Source of the DNA: Deltaproteobacteria bacterium
GTDB taxonomy: Bacteria > Myxococcota > JACRCW01
Length of the DNA stretch: 62,662 nt
NCBI GenBank assembly: GCA_016218805.1
Contig: JACRCW010000164.1
Coordinates: 1 to 62,662, forward strand
Reading direction: 5' to 3'
The notes under the pieces are model-generated. The model made no database searches. It worked only from the letters and a program-made list of their open reading frames with translations, and was not told the DNA's origin. Made by a program: the position numbers and the translations under genes. Shown in pieces: positions 17,628-27,385 of this stretch. Within the stretch, counting starts at the first letter, position 1. Each line of letters opens with the position of its first letter.

Positions 17628-19460
17628 TCAGAGGGACGCGCGCACCAGGCAGCGGAACACGCGGCCCGCGCGGGGGCCGCCGGCCTCCGCGCTGGCGCCC
17701 AGCGCATTGTCCACGGTGCAGGAGGTGTCCACCCCGCCCAGGCGCTTCCACGCGGTCAGGTGCAGCACGGCGGTGGCGGGCAGGCCCGCGCCGGCGGAAT
17801 CCACGCGGTCAAAACCGGACAGCAGCGCCAGTTGCACGCCGCCGCCCAGGAATTCCGGGGCCACCGCCGCCACCAGGTTGAAGGCGTGGCGCGGGACGGC
17901 GGGCAGGCGGGCGGCGCGCGCGTCGTCATACGCCTCCTGCAGGTACACGTAGCCGGCGCTGGCGCTGACCCCGCCGCGCAGCCGCGTCAGCGCCGCGTCC
18001 AGACGCAACCCCTGGACGTGCTGGCTGGGCTGGACGGCCTGCTGGAACTGGCCAAACACAATCCCCACACTCCCCTGCCCCAGCGACAGGGCCAGCGGCC
18101 CGTCTGACGCGTCGGTGCGGAACACCTCGGCGTGGAACCGGGCCAGCGCATCCGGCTGGAACACCACGGACAGGCGGGCACCGCGGCCGGTCTCCGGGGC
18201 GCCGTTGCCGTTGAGCACCGGCCCCAGCAGCGACGGCAACGCACCCACCTCCGCTTCCAACGGCAGCAGGCGGTAACCCGCGCCCACGGTGGCACGCACG
18301 GTCACATGCCGGAACGGCTCATAGCGGAAGGACAGCGACGGGGCGGCCACCGGGGCGGACGCGTGCGTGCTCTCCAGGCGCAGCGCTCCCTCCAGCGTGA
18401 ACACCCGGCCCACCGCCCACGTGTCCGCCACCATCCCGCTCACGCGGATGCGCCCGGAGGTGAACTCCGCGGATGATTCGCCCTGGCCCCACTCAGAGAA
18501 CAGCTGCAACTCCCCACGCAGCAGGTGGTCGGCCAGCGGCTCGCCGGCGTAGCGGAACTGCACCACCTGTTCCCACGCGCGGTCCGTGTGCAGCCGCCCG
18601 GGCAGTTCCGCCCGGGACTCCACCGCGGCACCGCGCAGTTCCACGCGCAGCGTGTCCCCCCCGGCAATGGTGAAGATCGCCTCGCCGGCGGCCTGCGCAC
18701 GGCGGCGGAGCCAGGCGCCCCCGGCGGACTCCACCTGCAGTTCGCGCGCGCCGACGTCACCGCGCAGCAGCACGCGTGCGTGCGGCCGGAACGCGCCGCC
18801 CGCGCCCAGCGCCATCAGCCGCCGCGGCGGGGCCCTCGCGGACAGCGTGTTCACGCCCGGGAACAACCCGGCCTCCGCGTTCCCATGCAGGCCCGCGCTG
18901 TCCCCCACCCATGACGCCGCCGCCCCCGCCGTGCCCCCGGCTCCGCCGCCGGGCGCCAGCAGGCCGGACGCCCCCACCGACGCGCCGGTGGCCTGCAACC
19001 GCCGGGTGACCACGTTGAGGACGCCCGCCTCGGCGCCGTTGCCGTACACGTGCCCCATGGGACCGCGCACCAGCTCCACGCGCACCACTTCCTCCACAGT
19101 GGCGGGCAGCTCCGCCAGGTCCACCGACCCGTCCAGCGCGCGCGGCACGGTCCGCCCGTCCACGCACAGCGCCACGCGGCCGGCCTGCCCGTCCACCACC
19201 AGCGTGCGGTGCCCATCCGCCTGCTCCAGCACCATCACCCCGGGCAGCATGGACAGCGCGTCGCCCAGGTCGCGCACGCCGCGGCGCAGTAGCGTCTCAC
19301 CATCCAGGACGTCCACGTCGGGAACCGCGCGCCCCCGGGGCTCCGCCCACCCGCGCGGGGCCTCCACGCGCTCCGGGGCCGCTGCGCCCGCGGGACCCGC
19401 TGCCATCAGGGTTCCCGCCAGCAGTGTCGCGCGCGCTCCCCGGAGGCCCGGCATCTTCAA
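17628..19460 (-). CDS. TonB-dependent receptor-like outer-membrane protein
   Basis: Plug motifs (DLGDALSMLPGV, RVELVRGPMGHVYGNGAEAGVLNVVTR), barrel strands, VDNAL...GRVFRCLVRASL end. Start could be ATG 19454. Confidence 0.75.
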   Translation of the reverse strand: MKMPGLRGARATLLAGTLMAAGPAGAAAPERVEAPRGWAEPRGRAVPDVDVLDGETLLRRGVRDLGDALSMLPGVMVLEQADGHRTLVVDGQAGRVALCVDGRTVPRALDGSVDLAELPATVEEVVRVELVRGPMGHVYGNGAEAGVLNVVTRRLQATGASVGASGLLAPGGGAGGTAGAAASWVGDSAGLHGNAEAGLFPGVNTLSARAPPRRLMALGAGGAFRPHARVLLRGDVGARELQVESAGGAWLRRRAQAAGEAIFTIAGGDTLRVELRGAAVESRAELPGRLHTDRAWEQVVQFRYAGEPLADHLLRGELQLFSEWGQGESSAEFTSGRIRVSGMVADTWAVGRVFTLEGALRLESTHASAPVAAPSLSFRYEPFRHVTVRATVGAGYRLLPLEAEVGALPSLLGPVLNGNGAPETGRGARLSVVFQPDALARFHAEVFRTDASDGPLALSLGQGSVGIVFGQFQQAVQPSQHVQGLRLDAALTRLRGGVSASAGYVYLQEAYDDARAARLPAVPRHAFNLVAAVAPEFLGGGVQLALLSGFDRVDSAGAGLPATAVLHLTAWKRLGGVDTSCTVDNALGASAEAGGPRAGRVFRCLVRASL

Positions 19461-19978
19461 GCCAGCCGGAGGCCCTTGTGCCGGCCCTGGCGGATGAACT
19501 CGGCAGTGAACCGGGATGCGCCTTCATACGACCGCACCGTGTTCTCCTTGACCAGCTTCTCAATCAGCCCGCCCAGGCCCAGCAGCCGCACGGTCACCTC
19601 CCCGTCAATGGTGCGGCGCACGCCGTTGCCCTCCGGCCGCACGCGCACCACGCCCCGGGCGGTCACGCGCTCCTTGAGCACGTTGGGCGTGATGACCCAG
19701 TGCAGCTCGCCGCGCTCCCGGTCGTACGTGCTCTCCTCCATGTACTCCAGTTCCACGTTGTCCAACGCCTTCTGCACCGCGGCCGGCGCGGGAAAGCCCG
19801 GGACCATGCGAATGCGCCGCTGCAGGCGCTTGCCGTCGTCCTTGCGCTCCAGTTCCTCGCGCTGCCGCACCCCCAGGGCCGGCTGCAGTTCCCGGTCAAA
19901 CTGCTTGTCCAGCAGCATTGCCCAGAATTCGTCCGGGGTGATGCCCGGGAAGAAGTGCTCAATGAACAGGGTGGCCAT
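19457..19978 (-). CDS. DUF2505-like (START/SRPBCC-like) protein
   Basis: 173 aa, YMEESTYDRE...RRTIDGEVTVRLLGLGGLIEK pattern. Confidence 0.65.
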   Translation of the reverse strand: MATLFIEHFFPGITPDEFWAMLLDKQFDRELQPALGVRQREELERKDDGKRLQRRIRMVPGFPAPAAVQKALDNVELEYMEESTYDRERGELHWVITPNVLKERVTARGVVRVRPEGNGVRRTIDGEVTVRLLGLGGLIEKLVKENTVRSYEGASRFTAEFIRQGRHKGLRLA

Positions 19979-20247
19979 GGCCGCGCTCCGGTGCCGTCGT
20001 CACGGGGTCTAGCGCGCCGGCGGGCAGGCGGGCAAAGGAGCGGAGTGGCAGCATCAGCCCGCGTCGCCGGGGCCCGACGCCGGCGAATGAAGCCCCCCAC
20101 GACGGTGCTGCTGGCTCCCCGGCGTGCATGTCCCAGCGTCCGCGCAGCCCACGCTCCCACCCCGGCAGCCCACGCTGGGGCCATGACAGCCGGAAAGGGT
20201 GCCAGCGTGGGGCCGCCGGCATGGGACCGCGGCGTGCGCGCCCGCGG

Positions 20248-21114
20248 TCAGAACGTGATGGCAATGCCGCCGGTCAACAGCGGCAGGCGCTCTGACCCGA
20301 CGATGAGCGTGGGCCCGAAGTAGCTCCCCATGGGGATGCCCGCGTCCTTGGCGCGCGGGGCCACCAGCGAGATGAGCGCGTTCTGGTACATGCCCGCGTC
20401 AAACGCGGCCAGTTCCAGGAACACAAAGCTGTTCTGGTAGATGCCCTTGGCCCGCGCCTGCAGCGCGCGCATGGGCTCCAGGAAGTCCAGCGCCACCATC
20501 ATGCCCAGCGCCAGCTTGCCGCCAAAGCTGAAACCCACCGGGTCACGCCGCGCGTAGATGGCCTCCCCGTCGCTGTTGCGGACCGGGTTGCCGTTCTCAT
20601 CCACCACGGGGGTGGGCTGGCTGTCCGCGGGTTTGCCGTCATTGGTGATGAGCCAGCCGGCGCCGCCCAGGCCCAGGCGCCCGTAGGGCACCACAGGGAA
20701 CTGGAACTTCTTGAGCGCCCAATCAAACCGGTAGGTGGCGGTGGCCATCAGCGGGACAATGGAGAGCTCCTCGGTGGTGAGGCCGGTGCCGGAGGTGCAG
20801 TCGGTGGGGTTGAACAGCTTGCGCGCGCGGATGGTGTAGAAGCCCACTTCGCCGCCCAGCGTGATGGTGCCCAGCATGTCAAACACGGTCAGTTGCGGGC
20901 TGACCACCGCCATGGGCCGCACGCCAAAGCCAAACTCGCACGAAAACCCGGTCACCCCCTCCGACGTGTCCAGCGCGTTGGCCCCGCGGTAGGGGTCCAG
21001 GTCCGGCACGTAGGGTCCCACGCGGGCCTCCACGGTGACCCCGCCCAACCGCGCCTCTGACCGGGCCGGCCACAGCAGCACCGCCAGCGCCGCCAACGCC
21101 CACGCGCCTCTCAT
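20248..21114 (-). CDS. Outer-membrane beta-barrel protein (MXAN_2562-like)
   Basis: Signal peptide, LSIVPLMATATYRFD...FPVVPYGRLG, ALDFLEP, terminal Phe (GGIAITF). Confidence 0.65.
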   Translation of the reverse strand: MRGAWALAALAVLLWPARSEARLGGVTVEARVGPYVPDLDPYRGANALDTSEGVTGFSCEFGFGVRPMAVVSPQLTVFDMLGTITLGGEVGFYTIRARKLFNPTDCTSGTGLTTEELSIVPLMATATYRFDWALKKFQFPVVPYGRLGLGGAGWLITNDGKPADSQPTPVVDENGNPVRNSDGEAIYARRDPVGFSFGGKLALGMMVALDFLEPMRALQARAKGIYQNSFVFLELAAFDAGMYQNALISLVAPRAKDAGIPMGSYFGPTLIVGSERLPLLTGGIAITF

Positions 21115-22211
21115 GTCTCCGCTCCCATCCGGCGCCGGGCCTTCCGCCGCAGCGCCACCGCCAACACGCCACCCGCCAACCACCACGCCAGCGCGGGCCC
21201 CTGCTGGCAGCTCACGCCCACCACCTGCCCGCCGTACAGGTCCAACAGCCCGTACTCCTTCACCGGCGTCACAAACACGGACGAAGACACCGGACCCTCA
21301 TTGCCAAAGTCATCCACCGCCAACGCGCGCAGCTCATAGCTCACGCCGTTGCGCAGGCCGCCCACGCGCACCGGGCTGTGGGCGGAGCCGCCGCGCCGCT
21401 CAAACGGGCCGCACGGTCCCCACCCCGCGTCCACGGTGCCGGCGTCCAGCTCGCCCGCGTCGGGCACGCCGCCGTCGGGCGGGGCGCATTCACGGGACTC
21501 CACCTGGTACTGCATGGCCTGCGCTTCCACCGCGTCACTGCCCGCCGGGGCTCCCAGCGTCAGCAGCGCGTACAGGTCACCCGCCTCCACGCGGATGCCG
21601 CTGGGCGCCGCGGGCGGTTCGGTATCAATGTCCGGTCCGTCACCCCCGCGAACGCTGGTGGTCCCCCCCTGCCCGTTGCGCACGCCAAAGCAGTACGCGC
21701 GGCGGGTGCGCACGCCGCCGTCGGCGCGGCACAGGTCATCCATGAATTCGCTGACGGTGGGGACCAGCGGGTTGTACTGGCTCAAGGGGAAGGCGGCCTG
21801 CCCGGGGATGAGCAGGATGTTGTCCGTGACCACCTGTTCCGCCACGGGCTCCGCGCAGTTCACGGGAGACGTCAGCGTCTGCTGGTAGCCGCCGCTGCTC
21901 CCGGTGCTGACCACCGGCGCCGGGATGGGTGCGTCCTGCCAGTACAGCACGCCAAAAGGCTGCTGCGGGAAGGACGGGTTCACGGTGGTGATGACCTGGA
22001 AGTCCACACTGACACGGCTGGTGTTGGACCCGCAGTTGCCCTTGTTCAGCTTGGGGCGCCCGTTGTCCCCGCCCGAATACAGCGCCCCCACCTGGCTGGC
22101 GCCCGTCGTGGGGTATTGGCCCCACACGGCGCTTCCCAACCCAAGGAGCATGGCGGCACTCAGCATGGCGGCCACCCTAGCAAGCGCCGGGCCCGTCTCC
22201 ACAAGCGCCAT
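21111..22211 (-). CDS. FN3-domain surface protein with MYXO-CTERM-like tail (MXAN_2561-like)
   Basis: VGGLRNGVSYELRALAVDDFGNEG FN3 strand. C-terminal GVSCQQGPALAWWLAGGVLAVALRRKARRR. 4-bp overlap with the barrel gene. Confidence 0.65.
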   Translation of the reverse strand: MALVETGPALARVAAMLSAAMLLGLGSAVWGQYPTTGASQVGALYSGGDNGRPKLNKGNCGSNTSRVSVDFQVITTVNPSFPQQPFGVLYWQDAPIPAPVVSTGSSGGYQQTLTSPVNCAEPVAEQVVTDNILLIPGQAAFPLSQYNPLVPTVSEFMDDLCRADGGVRTRRAYCFGVRNGQGGTTSVRGGDGPDIDTEPPAAPSGIRVEAGDLYALLTLGAPAGSDAVEAQAMQYQVESRECAPPDGGVPDAGELDAGTVDAGWGPCGPFERRGGSAHSPVRVGGLRNGVSYELRALAVDDFGNEGPVSSSVFVTPVKEYGLLDLYGGQVVGVSCQQGPALAWWLAGGVLAVALRRKARRRMGAET

Positions 22212-22304
22212 GCGCCCGGTTTTCCGCCGTTCCCGGCGCGCACCCGGCGGCCAAGGTGTCACCCCGGCGGTGGGCAACCGGGGCCGGCTGCCAGAATGGC
22301 ACGG

Positions 22305-23189
22305 TCACCGACGGGCGCGGGCCAGGCGGCGGCCCTGCTCAAAGCGCGTGAGCTTGACCACGATTTCGCCGTAGGGCGTGGGGGCTTGGAGGAGGAGGGG
22401 GATGCGGTCCTGGTCCGCGGTCATCCAGGTCTGAAACGGACGGGGTTGCTTGAGCAGCGCGGGGCCCCTGCCGCCGGCGAGCAGCGCCACGGCTTCGCCG
22501 CGCGCGGCCCACGCCTCAAACGGTCCGGCATCCGTCTGCACGGTCTCCGGTCCGGAGACGGTGCCGCGGATCCGCCACAGCAGGCGTCCCTGGTAGAGCT
22601 CCATGCAGAACCGCCGCCCCGGCGCCACATCGCGCGAGCGCGCGTAGTAGACCAGCCCCAGCACATCCAGCGCGTCCCCGGTGACGGGGAGCTGCTGCTC
22701 CGCCCGCTTGCCATTGAGGCGCGTGCTGGCCGCCACGGCGGTGGTCCCGTGCGGAAACCGGATGTCCTCCTGGTAGTCCATCTTGTCACCGCGGGTGAGG
22801 CTTTTCATGGACCACGGCAGCACGCGGTCCGGGTCCAGCTGCGTGACCAACTGCGCATCCATGCGCGCCCACAGGCTGACCACCGCGTTGCTCTGCGCCT
22901 TGACGGCCACCGGGTAGCTCAGCTTCCCGTCCACGGTGGCGCGCTCCTGGACTTCAATGTCCGCGGTGGCCGCGCGCAGACCGTTGAGGGTGGCCACGTA
23001 GGACAGCCGCTCCCCCGGGCCAAACGGCAGCCGGTCCGCCAGGACGGGCACGGTGTCCCGCCCACACGGCAGCGAGGTGGTGGCGGGCGCCGGGCGCGCC
23101 ACCGGACCGCCCGCGGACGGGGACGCCAGCGTCACGGCCGCCGCGGCCACCCCACCTGCTGCCAACAACCACCGGCCCGGCCACCGCAT
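22305..23189 (-). CDS. DUF3108-family secreted protein
   Basis: PFGPGERLSY, ETVQTDAGPFEA, WMTADQDRIPL motifs. Confidence 0.75.
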   Translation of the reverse strand: MRWPGRWLLAAGGVAAAAVTLASPSAGGPVARPAPATTSLPCGRDTVPVLADRLPFGPGERLSYVATLNGLRAATADIEVQERATVDGKLSYPVAVKAQSNAVVSLWARMDAQLVTQLDPDRVLPWSMKSLTRGDKMDYQEDIRFPHGTTAVAASTRLNGKRAEQQLPVTGDALDVLGLVYYARSRDVAPGRRFCMELYQGRLLWRIRGTVSGPETVQTDAGPFEAWAARGEAVALLAGGRGPALLKQPRPFQTWMTADQDRIPLLLQAPTPYGEIVVKLTRFEQGRRLARARR

Positions 23190-23321
23190 GTGCACCCTCC
23201 GTTGGGCGGCGGGCGCAGGCCCCGCCGCCACCGTGTCCCGGGTTCTACGCGCCCGCGCGCACGTTCATTCACCGGCGGAAAAGCACCGCCGCTGCGCCCG
23301 CATGGTAGCCTGCCGGCGAGC

Positions 23322-23984
23322 ATGTCCACCCCGGCGCTCGCCCTTGTCACCGTGGCCCTGTTGGGCGCGCCGCCGGCCCGCCCGGGACCCGCGCCCACGG
23401 CGTTTGCGCAGGCGTACAACCGGGTGGAGCCGTCCGTGGTGGCGGTGGTGGCGCAGCACGGGCGGCGGCACCGCACGGGTGCGGGGTTTGTGGCGTCACC
23501 GGACGGGCAGGTGGTGTGCAGCAGCCTGACGGTGGACGGCGCCAGCCAGGTGCAGGCGTGGGTGAAGGGGCGCTGGGTGGTGGCGCGCGTGCTGGCGGTG
23601 GATGCGCGGCTGCGGGTGGCGCTGCTGGCGCTGGAGGGCCTGACCGAAGCGCTCCAGCCCGTCCCCGTGGCGCCCCAGGCGACGCTGCGCCGCAATGACT
23701 GGGTGGTGGCCGTGGACCGGAGGGCGGACGGCCTGGCGCGGCCGGTGGCCGGCCTGGTGGCGGACAGCCCGGCGCAGGGACCGGGGCCCGGCCGCCCGCC
23801 GGTGGTGCTGGTGGATGCGCCGGCGGGCGTGGGCGCACCGCTGATCAACCTGCGGGGGGAGGTGGTGGGACTGTCGCTGGGGCGGCTGGACCGCACCCGG
23901 GGACGCGCGCAGAGCCTTGAGCCGCTGCGGGCGTTCCTGGTGCGGGCCTCCGGGCCGCGCGCGGCGGCGGTCAATCCAGGATGA
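23322..23984 (+). CDS. Trypsin-like (S1C/HtrA fold) protein lacking the catalytic triad
   Basis: PSVVAV...GAGFVASPDGQVVCSSLTV, DARLRVALL, AGVGAPLINLRGEVVG align to HtrA, with His, Asp and Ser all replaced. Confidence 0.65.
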   Translation: MSTPALALVTVALLGAPPARPGPAPTAFAQAYNRVEPSVVAVVAQHGRRHRTGAGFVASPDGQVVCSSLTVDGASQVQAWVKGRWVVARVLAVDARLRVALLALEGLTEALQPVPVAPQATLRRNDWVVAVDRRADGLARPVAGLVADSPAQGPGPGRPPVVLVDAPAGVGAPLINLRGEVVGLSLGRLDRTRGRAQSLEPLRAFLVRASGPRAAAVNPG

Positions 23985-24186
23985 TGACGATGTCGCCTTC
24001 GTTGACCGGTTGCGCTTCCTTCACGTGGATCACGCTGACCTTGCCCGCGCGCGGCGCCTCAATGGGCATCTCCATCTTCATGGATTCCAGGATGACCAGC
24101 ACCTGGTCAGAGTCCACCGTGTCACCGACGGCGACCTCGATCTTCCAGACGGTGCCGGTGATGTGCGCCTTCACCTCGGTGGCCAT
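23971..24186 (-). CDS. Stand-alone biotin carboxyl carrier protein
   Basis: 71 aa, ESMKME biotinylation motif. Confidence 0.9.
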   Translation of the reverse strand: MATEVKAHITGTVWKIEVAVGDTVDSDQVLVILESMKMEMPIEAPRAGKVSVIHVKEAQPVNEGDIVIILD

Positions 24187-24254
24187 GCGTTCTCCCGGTA
24201 AACGCCGGACGGTTGCGGCCGCAGGCGTCTTGTGATGGTTGTTGGGATGGCTCC

Positions 24255-25721
24255 ATGACAGAGACCCCGGCCCCCCAGCAAGAGCCCCCGGAAACGTCGC
24301 CACCGCCCGGCAGCCGCCCGCGCGTGCTCATTGTGGACGCCTCCGAACTGGGCGGCCTGCTGCAGGCGCTGCTGACCCGGAACGACATTGACGCGGTGCT
24401 GGTGCGCACCGGCGCCGCCGCCCTGGACGCCATCCTGGGCGCGCCGCCCATGCTGGCCATTGTGGACCTGGATCTCCCGGACGCCTCCGGCGTGGACCTG
24501 GTCCACATCCTGCGGCAGCCGCCGGAGAACGTGCCGGTGGTGTTCCTGTGCAGCACCGCCAAGGAGGCGCTGCCGGAGAACACGCAGCGCGGCGTGGAAC
24601 TGGCCCAGGGGTTCTTCCAGAAGCCGCTGCACGCCCGGCAGCTGCTGCAGCACGTGTCCCGCCTGCTGGGTATTGCCCAGTTCCCCTCCTACACACCGCC
24701 CTCCGGCGTGCCCATCCCCACTGAAGAACACGGCAGCACCGTGCTGCCCACCGCACCGGCGCCCGGCACCGCCCCGCTGCCGGAATCTGACTTTGAGCTG
24801 GACGTCACAGATGCCCTGGTGGAGGAAGAAGAGGCGCCGGAGTCACCCCCCGCGCAGACGGCCGCCGCGGCTGATGCGGCGCCACCGCCGGAGCACGACC
24901 CCACCGACCTGATGGCGATGTGGATGCGCAAGCGCGAGGACCAGCGCACCGGGCCCGCGGCCACCGCGCCCGCCGCGGCGCCGCCGCCCACGTCGGGGTC
25001 GCTGGATGAGCGGCCGCTGCACGGCCTGCTGGATGCGTTCTACAGCGCCTCAGAGAGCGGCACCCTGCTGCTCCGGCGCGGCCCGGTGATCCGCAAGCTG
25101 GGCGTGGCCCGCGGCCAGGTGGCGCTGGCAACCAGCAACGTGGCGGCCGAACAACCGGACGCCGTGGTGGCCCACCTGGGCCTGGTGACCCCCACGCTCC
25201 TGGAAGCGGCGCGCCAGCAACTGCCCCGCGGCAAGGCCCTGGTGCCGCACCTGGTGGCCGCGGGACTGCTCACGCGTGAGCAGGCTGTGAAAGTGCTGGA
25301 GGAACAGCGCACGCGCGTGGTGCGCGCGTGCTTCCTCATGAAGGGCGCCGCGTATGAACTGCAGTTCGGCGCCACGCCGCCCTCACCGCTGACACCGCTG
25401 TTCATGGGCACCGCCATCCTGCGCGGCCTGGGGTCCTCCATGACGCTGGTGGAACTGCGGCGCGAAATCCCCGCCACCCAGGTGCTGGCCCCCCGCGGCG
25501 ATGGGCCCTACCCGCTGGAACGGCTGGACCTCTCCGGCGCCGAGGCGCACCTGGTCATTGCCTGCGACGGGACCAAGACGGTGGCGGACCTGGAAGCCCT
25601 GTCCGACCTGAGCGAACTGCAGGTGCTGGGACTGCTGCGCGGCCTGCTGGCGCTGAAACTGGTCCGGCTGCAAGCCGCCGCGCCCGCAACCCGCGCCAAC
25701 AAAGGGTTCACGTTCTTCTGA
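24255..25721 (+). CDS. Response regulator receiver + DUF4388-like domain
   Basis: RVLIVD...AIVDLDLPDASG...FFQKP receiver, Pro/acidic linker, SGSLDERPLHGLL...SGTLLLRRG domain. Confidence 0.75.
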   Translation: MTETPAPQQEPPETSPPPGSRPRVLIVDASELGGLLQALLTRNDIDAVLVRTGAAALDAILGAPPMLAIVDLDLPDASGVDLVHILRQPPENVPVVFLCSTAKEALPENTQRGVELAQGFFQKPLHARQLLQHVSRLLGIAQFPSYTPPSGVPIPTEEHGSTVLPTAPAPGTAPLPESDFELDVTDALVEEEEAPESPPAQTAAAADAAPPPEHDPTDLMAMWMRKREDQRTGPAATAPAAAPPPTSGSLDERPLHGLLDAFYSASESGTLLLRRGPVIRKLGVARGQVALATSNVAAEQPDAVVAHLGLVTPTLLEAARQQLPRGKALVPHLVAAGLLTREQAVKVLEEQRTRVVRACFLMKGAAYELQFGATPPSPLTPLFMGTAILRGLGSSMTLVELRREIPATQVLAPRGDGPYPLERLDLSGAEAHLVIACDGTKTVADLEALSDLSELQVLGLLRGLLALKLVRLQAAAPATRANKGFTFF

Positions 25722-26037
25722 CCCCGGCCACGGCGGTCGCCAATGGGCCACCACTCGCCCCGGCGTGGCGGCGGGCCGCGGCGTCGCGGCGAGGAAACTC
25801 GCCACCCGCTGGAAACCACCGGACGGGCAACGCGTGATGAGCAAGCGCCTGCCGCGCCGGGCGTCAACAGCGGGATGCCCGCCGCGCGTCCTGGGGAACC
25901 CGCGGGGTTCGCTGGCTCGGGGCTTGGAAGGGGGGGCCACGCCAAACCCGCCCGCACGGAGGCGCATGTTCGTCGACGTGTCGAATGTCCGGGTCGTGGC
26001 TGCGCGCGCGCGCACGGGACGAGCACCCCTCGTTGTG

Positions 26038-26071
26038 GCCGAAGTGTCTCATTAAGTGAGACACTTTCGGC
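26038..26071. repeat. Perfect inverted repeat AAGTGTCTCA-TTAAG-TGAGACACTT
   Basis: 10-bp perfect arms (26042-26051 and 26057-26066), extended by GCCG/CGGC with a 1-nt bulge. Confidence 0.85.
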
Positions 26072-26137
26072 TGATGACAGGCGTGGCACGCCCGCGCGCT
26101 CGCCGGGCGAATCAAGGGCGGCGGACCGGAGACAAAC

Positions 26138-27385
26138 TCACCAATCCGCGGGCGCCCCACCCGGCGGCGACTCCTGCACCCTGTCCAGCCCCTCCACCAG
26201 GACCGACCCCGCCTGCACCTGCAGCACGGCCGGCACCCACACCTCCGCCACCCGTGGGTCCACCACCCGCGGGCCCCAGGACCCCAGCACCGCGCCCGCT
26301 TGCAGCAGCTGCACCACCGCCCGGACCGGCCCTTCAGGAGCGGGGATGGACAGGACCACCACCCCCCACGTGCCGTCGCTGAGGTTGTCCACCAGCACCG
26401 CCTCCGGCCCCGGCGCACGCCGGTCACCCGTCGGCACGCTGCAACCCGCGGTGTCCGCACCCGCGCGGCACGCCCCCACGCTGTACCGCCCTCCCGGCGG
26501 CACCAGCACCAAGTCCAGGTCAGCGTCCACCCCCTCCCAGGACAGGTGCACGCTCAGCGGCGTGGACGCTCCCTCCGCGTCCACAATGCGCGAACACTCC
26601 CGCGCCCCCGAAACCCCGGTCACCCGCACCCCCGCGCGGTTGCGGCCGGGCGCCAGCGGAACCAGGCGCGTGGTGAACGCGCCGCCCGCACCCGTCACCA
26701 GCGGCAGTTCCAACCGCGCCCCGGACTCGGTGATGGAGAACAGCAGCGGGGTGGTGACCGCGCCGGTGACGCTTCCGGACAACGTCACCCCCAGCGCATA
26801 CGGTTCCAGCGCGCTGGACGGCGGTGGCGAATCCAGCACAATCCTCCCGCAGTCCGCGCACGCCACCGCGGAGCCGTAGTGGCGCTCCGCCACCGCCTCC
26901 CGCGTGGCCGCGCTGGCCCGCACCTCCAGCGTCCCGCCGCCCTCCCCCGCCACCACGCCCTCAAACCGGAACGGCGCCGCGCGCAACGCCCCCTCAGACA
27001 GCAGTTGCTGGGTCTGCGGCTCCACCGGCGTGCAGCCCAGGCCGTCCACGCCACCCAGTTGCACCGTGACGGGGTCGCCCCCCACGGTCACCGTGCCCGC
27101 TACGGCCAGCACTTCGCCGGGGGCAAAGGTGCGGCCGTCCTGGGGCTCCGTGATGTCCACCACCAGGTTCCCCTCCGCCGTCACGCACCGCCCGCGCGAC
27201 CCGCAGATGCGCCCCGCACCGCACTGGCTGCTCACCACGCACTCCTGCACGCAGGTGCCGCGCGCACCCGTGCCCGGCGCATCACAGAACGCCGGCGGCG
27301 GGCACTGGGAGTCGCTGGTGCACGGGATGAGGTGACAGCCGCCCAGCGTCACACCCGCCAGCAGCACCGCCGCGCGGCTCAGCAT
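26138..27385 (-). CDS. Lipoprotein with Cys-rich N-terminus and YfaP/DUF2135-like C-terminal domain
   Basis: Lipobox LGGC, CTSDSQCPPPAFC repeats, LSVHLSWEGVDADLDLVLVPPGG...GPEAV. Confidence 0.7.
   Translation of the reverse strand: MLSRAAVLLAGVTLGGCHLIPCTSDSQCPPPAFCDAPGTGARGTCVQECVVSSQCGAGRICGSRGRCVTAEGNLVVDITEPQDGRTFAPGEVLAVAGTVTVGGDPVTVQLGGVDGLGCTPVEPQTQQLLSEGALRAAPFRFEGVVAGEGGGTLEVRASAATREAVAERHYGSAVACADCGRIVLDSPPPSSALEPYALGVTLSGSVTGAVTTPLLFSITESGARLELPLVTGAGGAFTTRLVPLAPGRNRAGVRVTGVSGARECSRIVDAEGASTPLSVHLSWEGVDADLDLVLVPPGGRYSVGACRAGADTAGCSVPTGDRRAPGPEAVLVDNLSDGTWGVVVLSIPAPEGPVRAVVQLLQAGAVLGSWGPRVVDPRVAEVWVPAVLQVQAGSVLVEGLDRVQESPPGGAPADW

Noticed and set aside
19985..20245. Cobalamin riboswitch or SRP RNA ahead of the TonB receptor genes
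   Set aside because: The conserved B12-box and the SRP GGAA/AGCAG motifs were not found on either strand.
25790..25870. Possible RAYT transposase relic (RRGRRLLITRC on the minus strand)
   Set aside because: The similarity is only a few residues and no HUH motif follows, so it is too weak to call.
26084..26100. Sigma54-like TGGCACG motif
   Set aside because: The GG-to-GC spacing is not 10 nt and no gene starts downstream on that strand.
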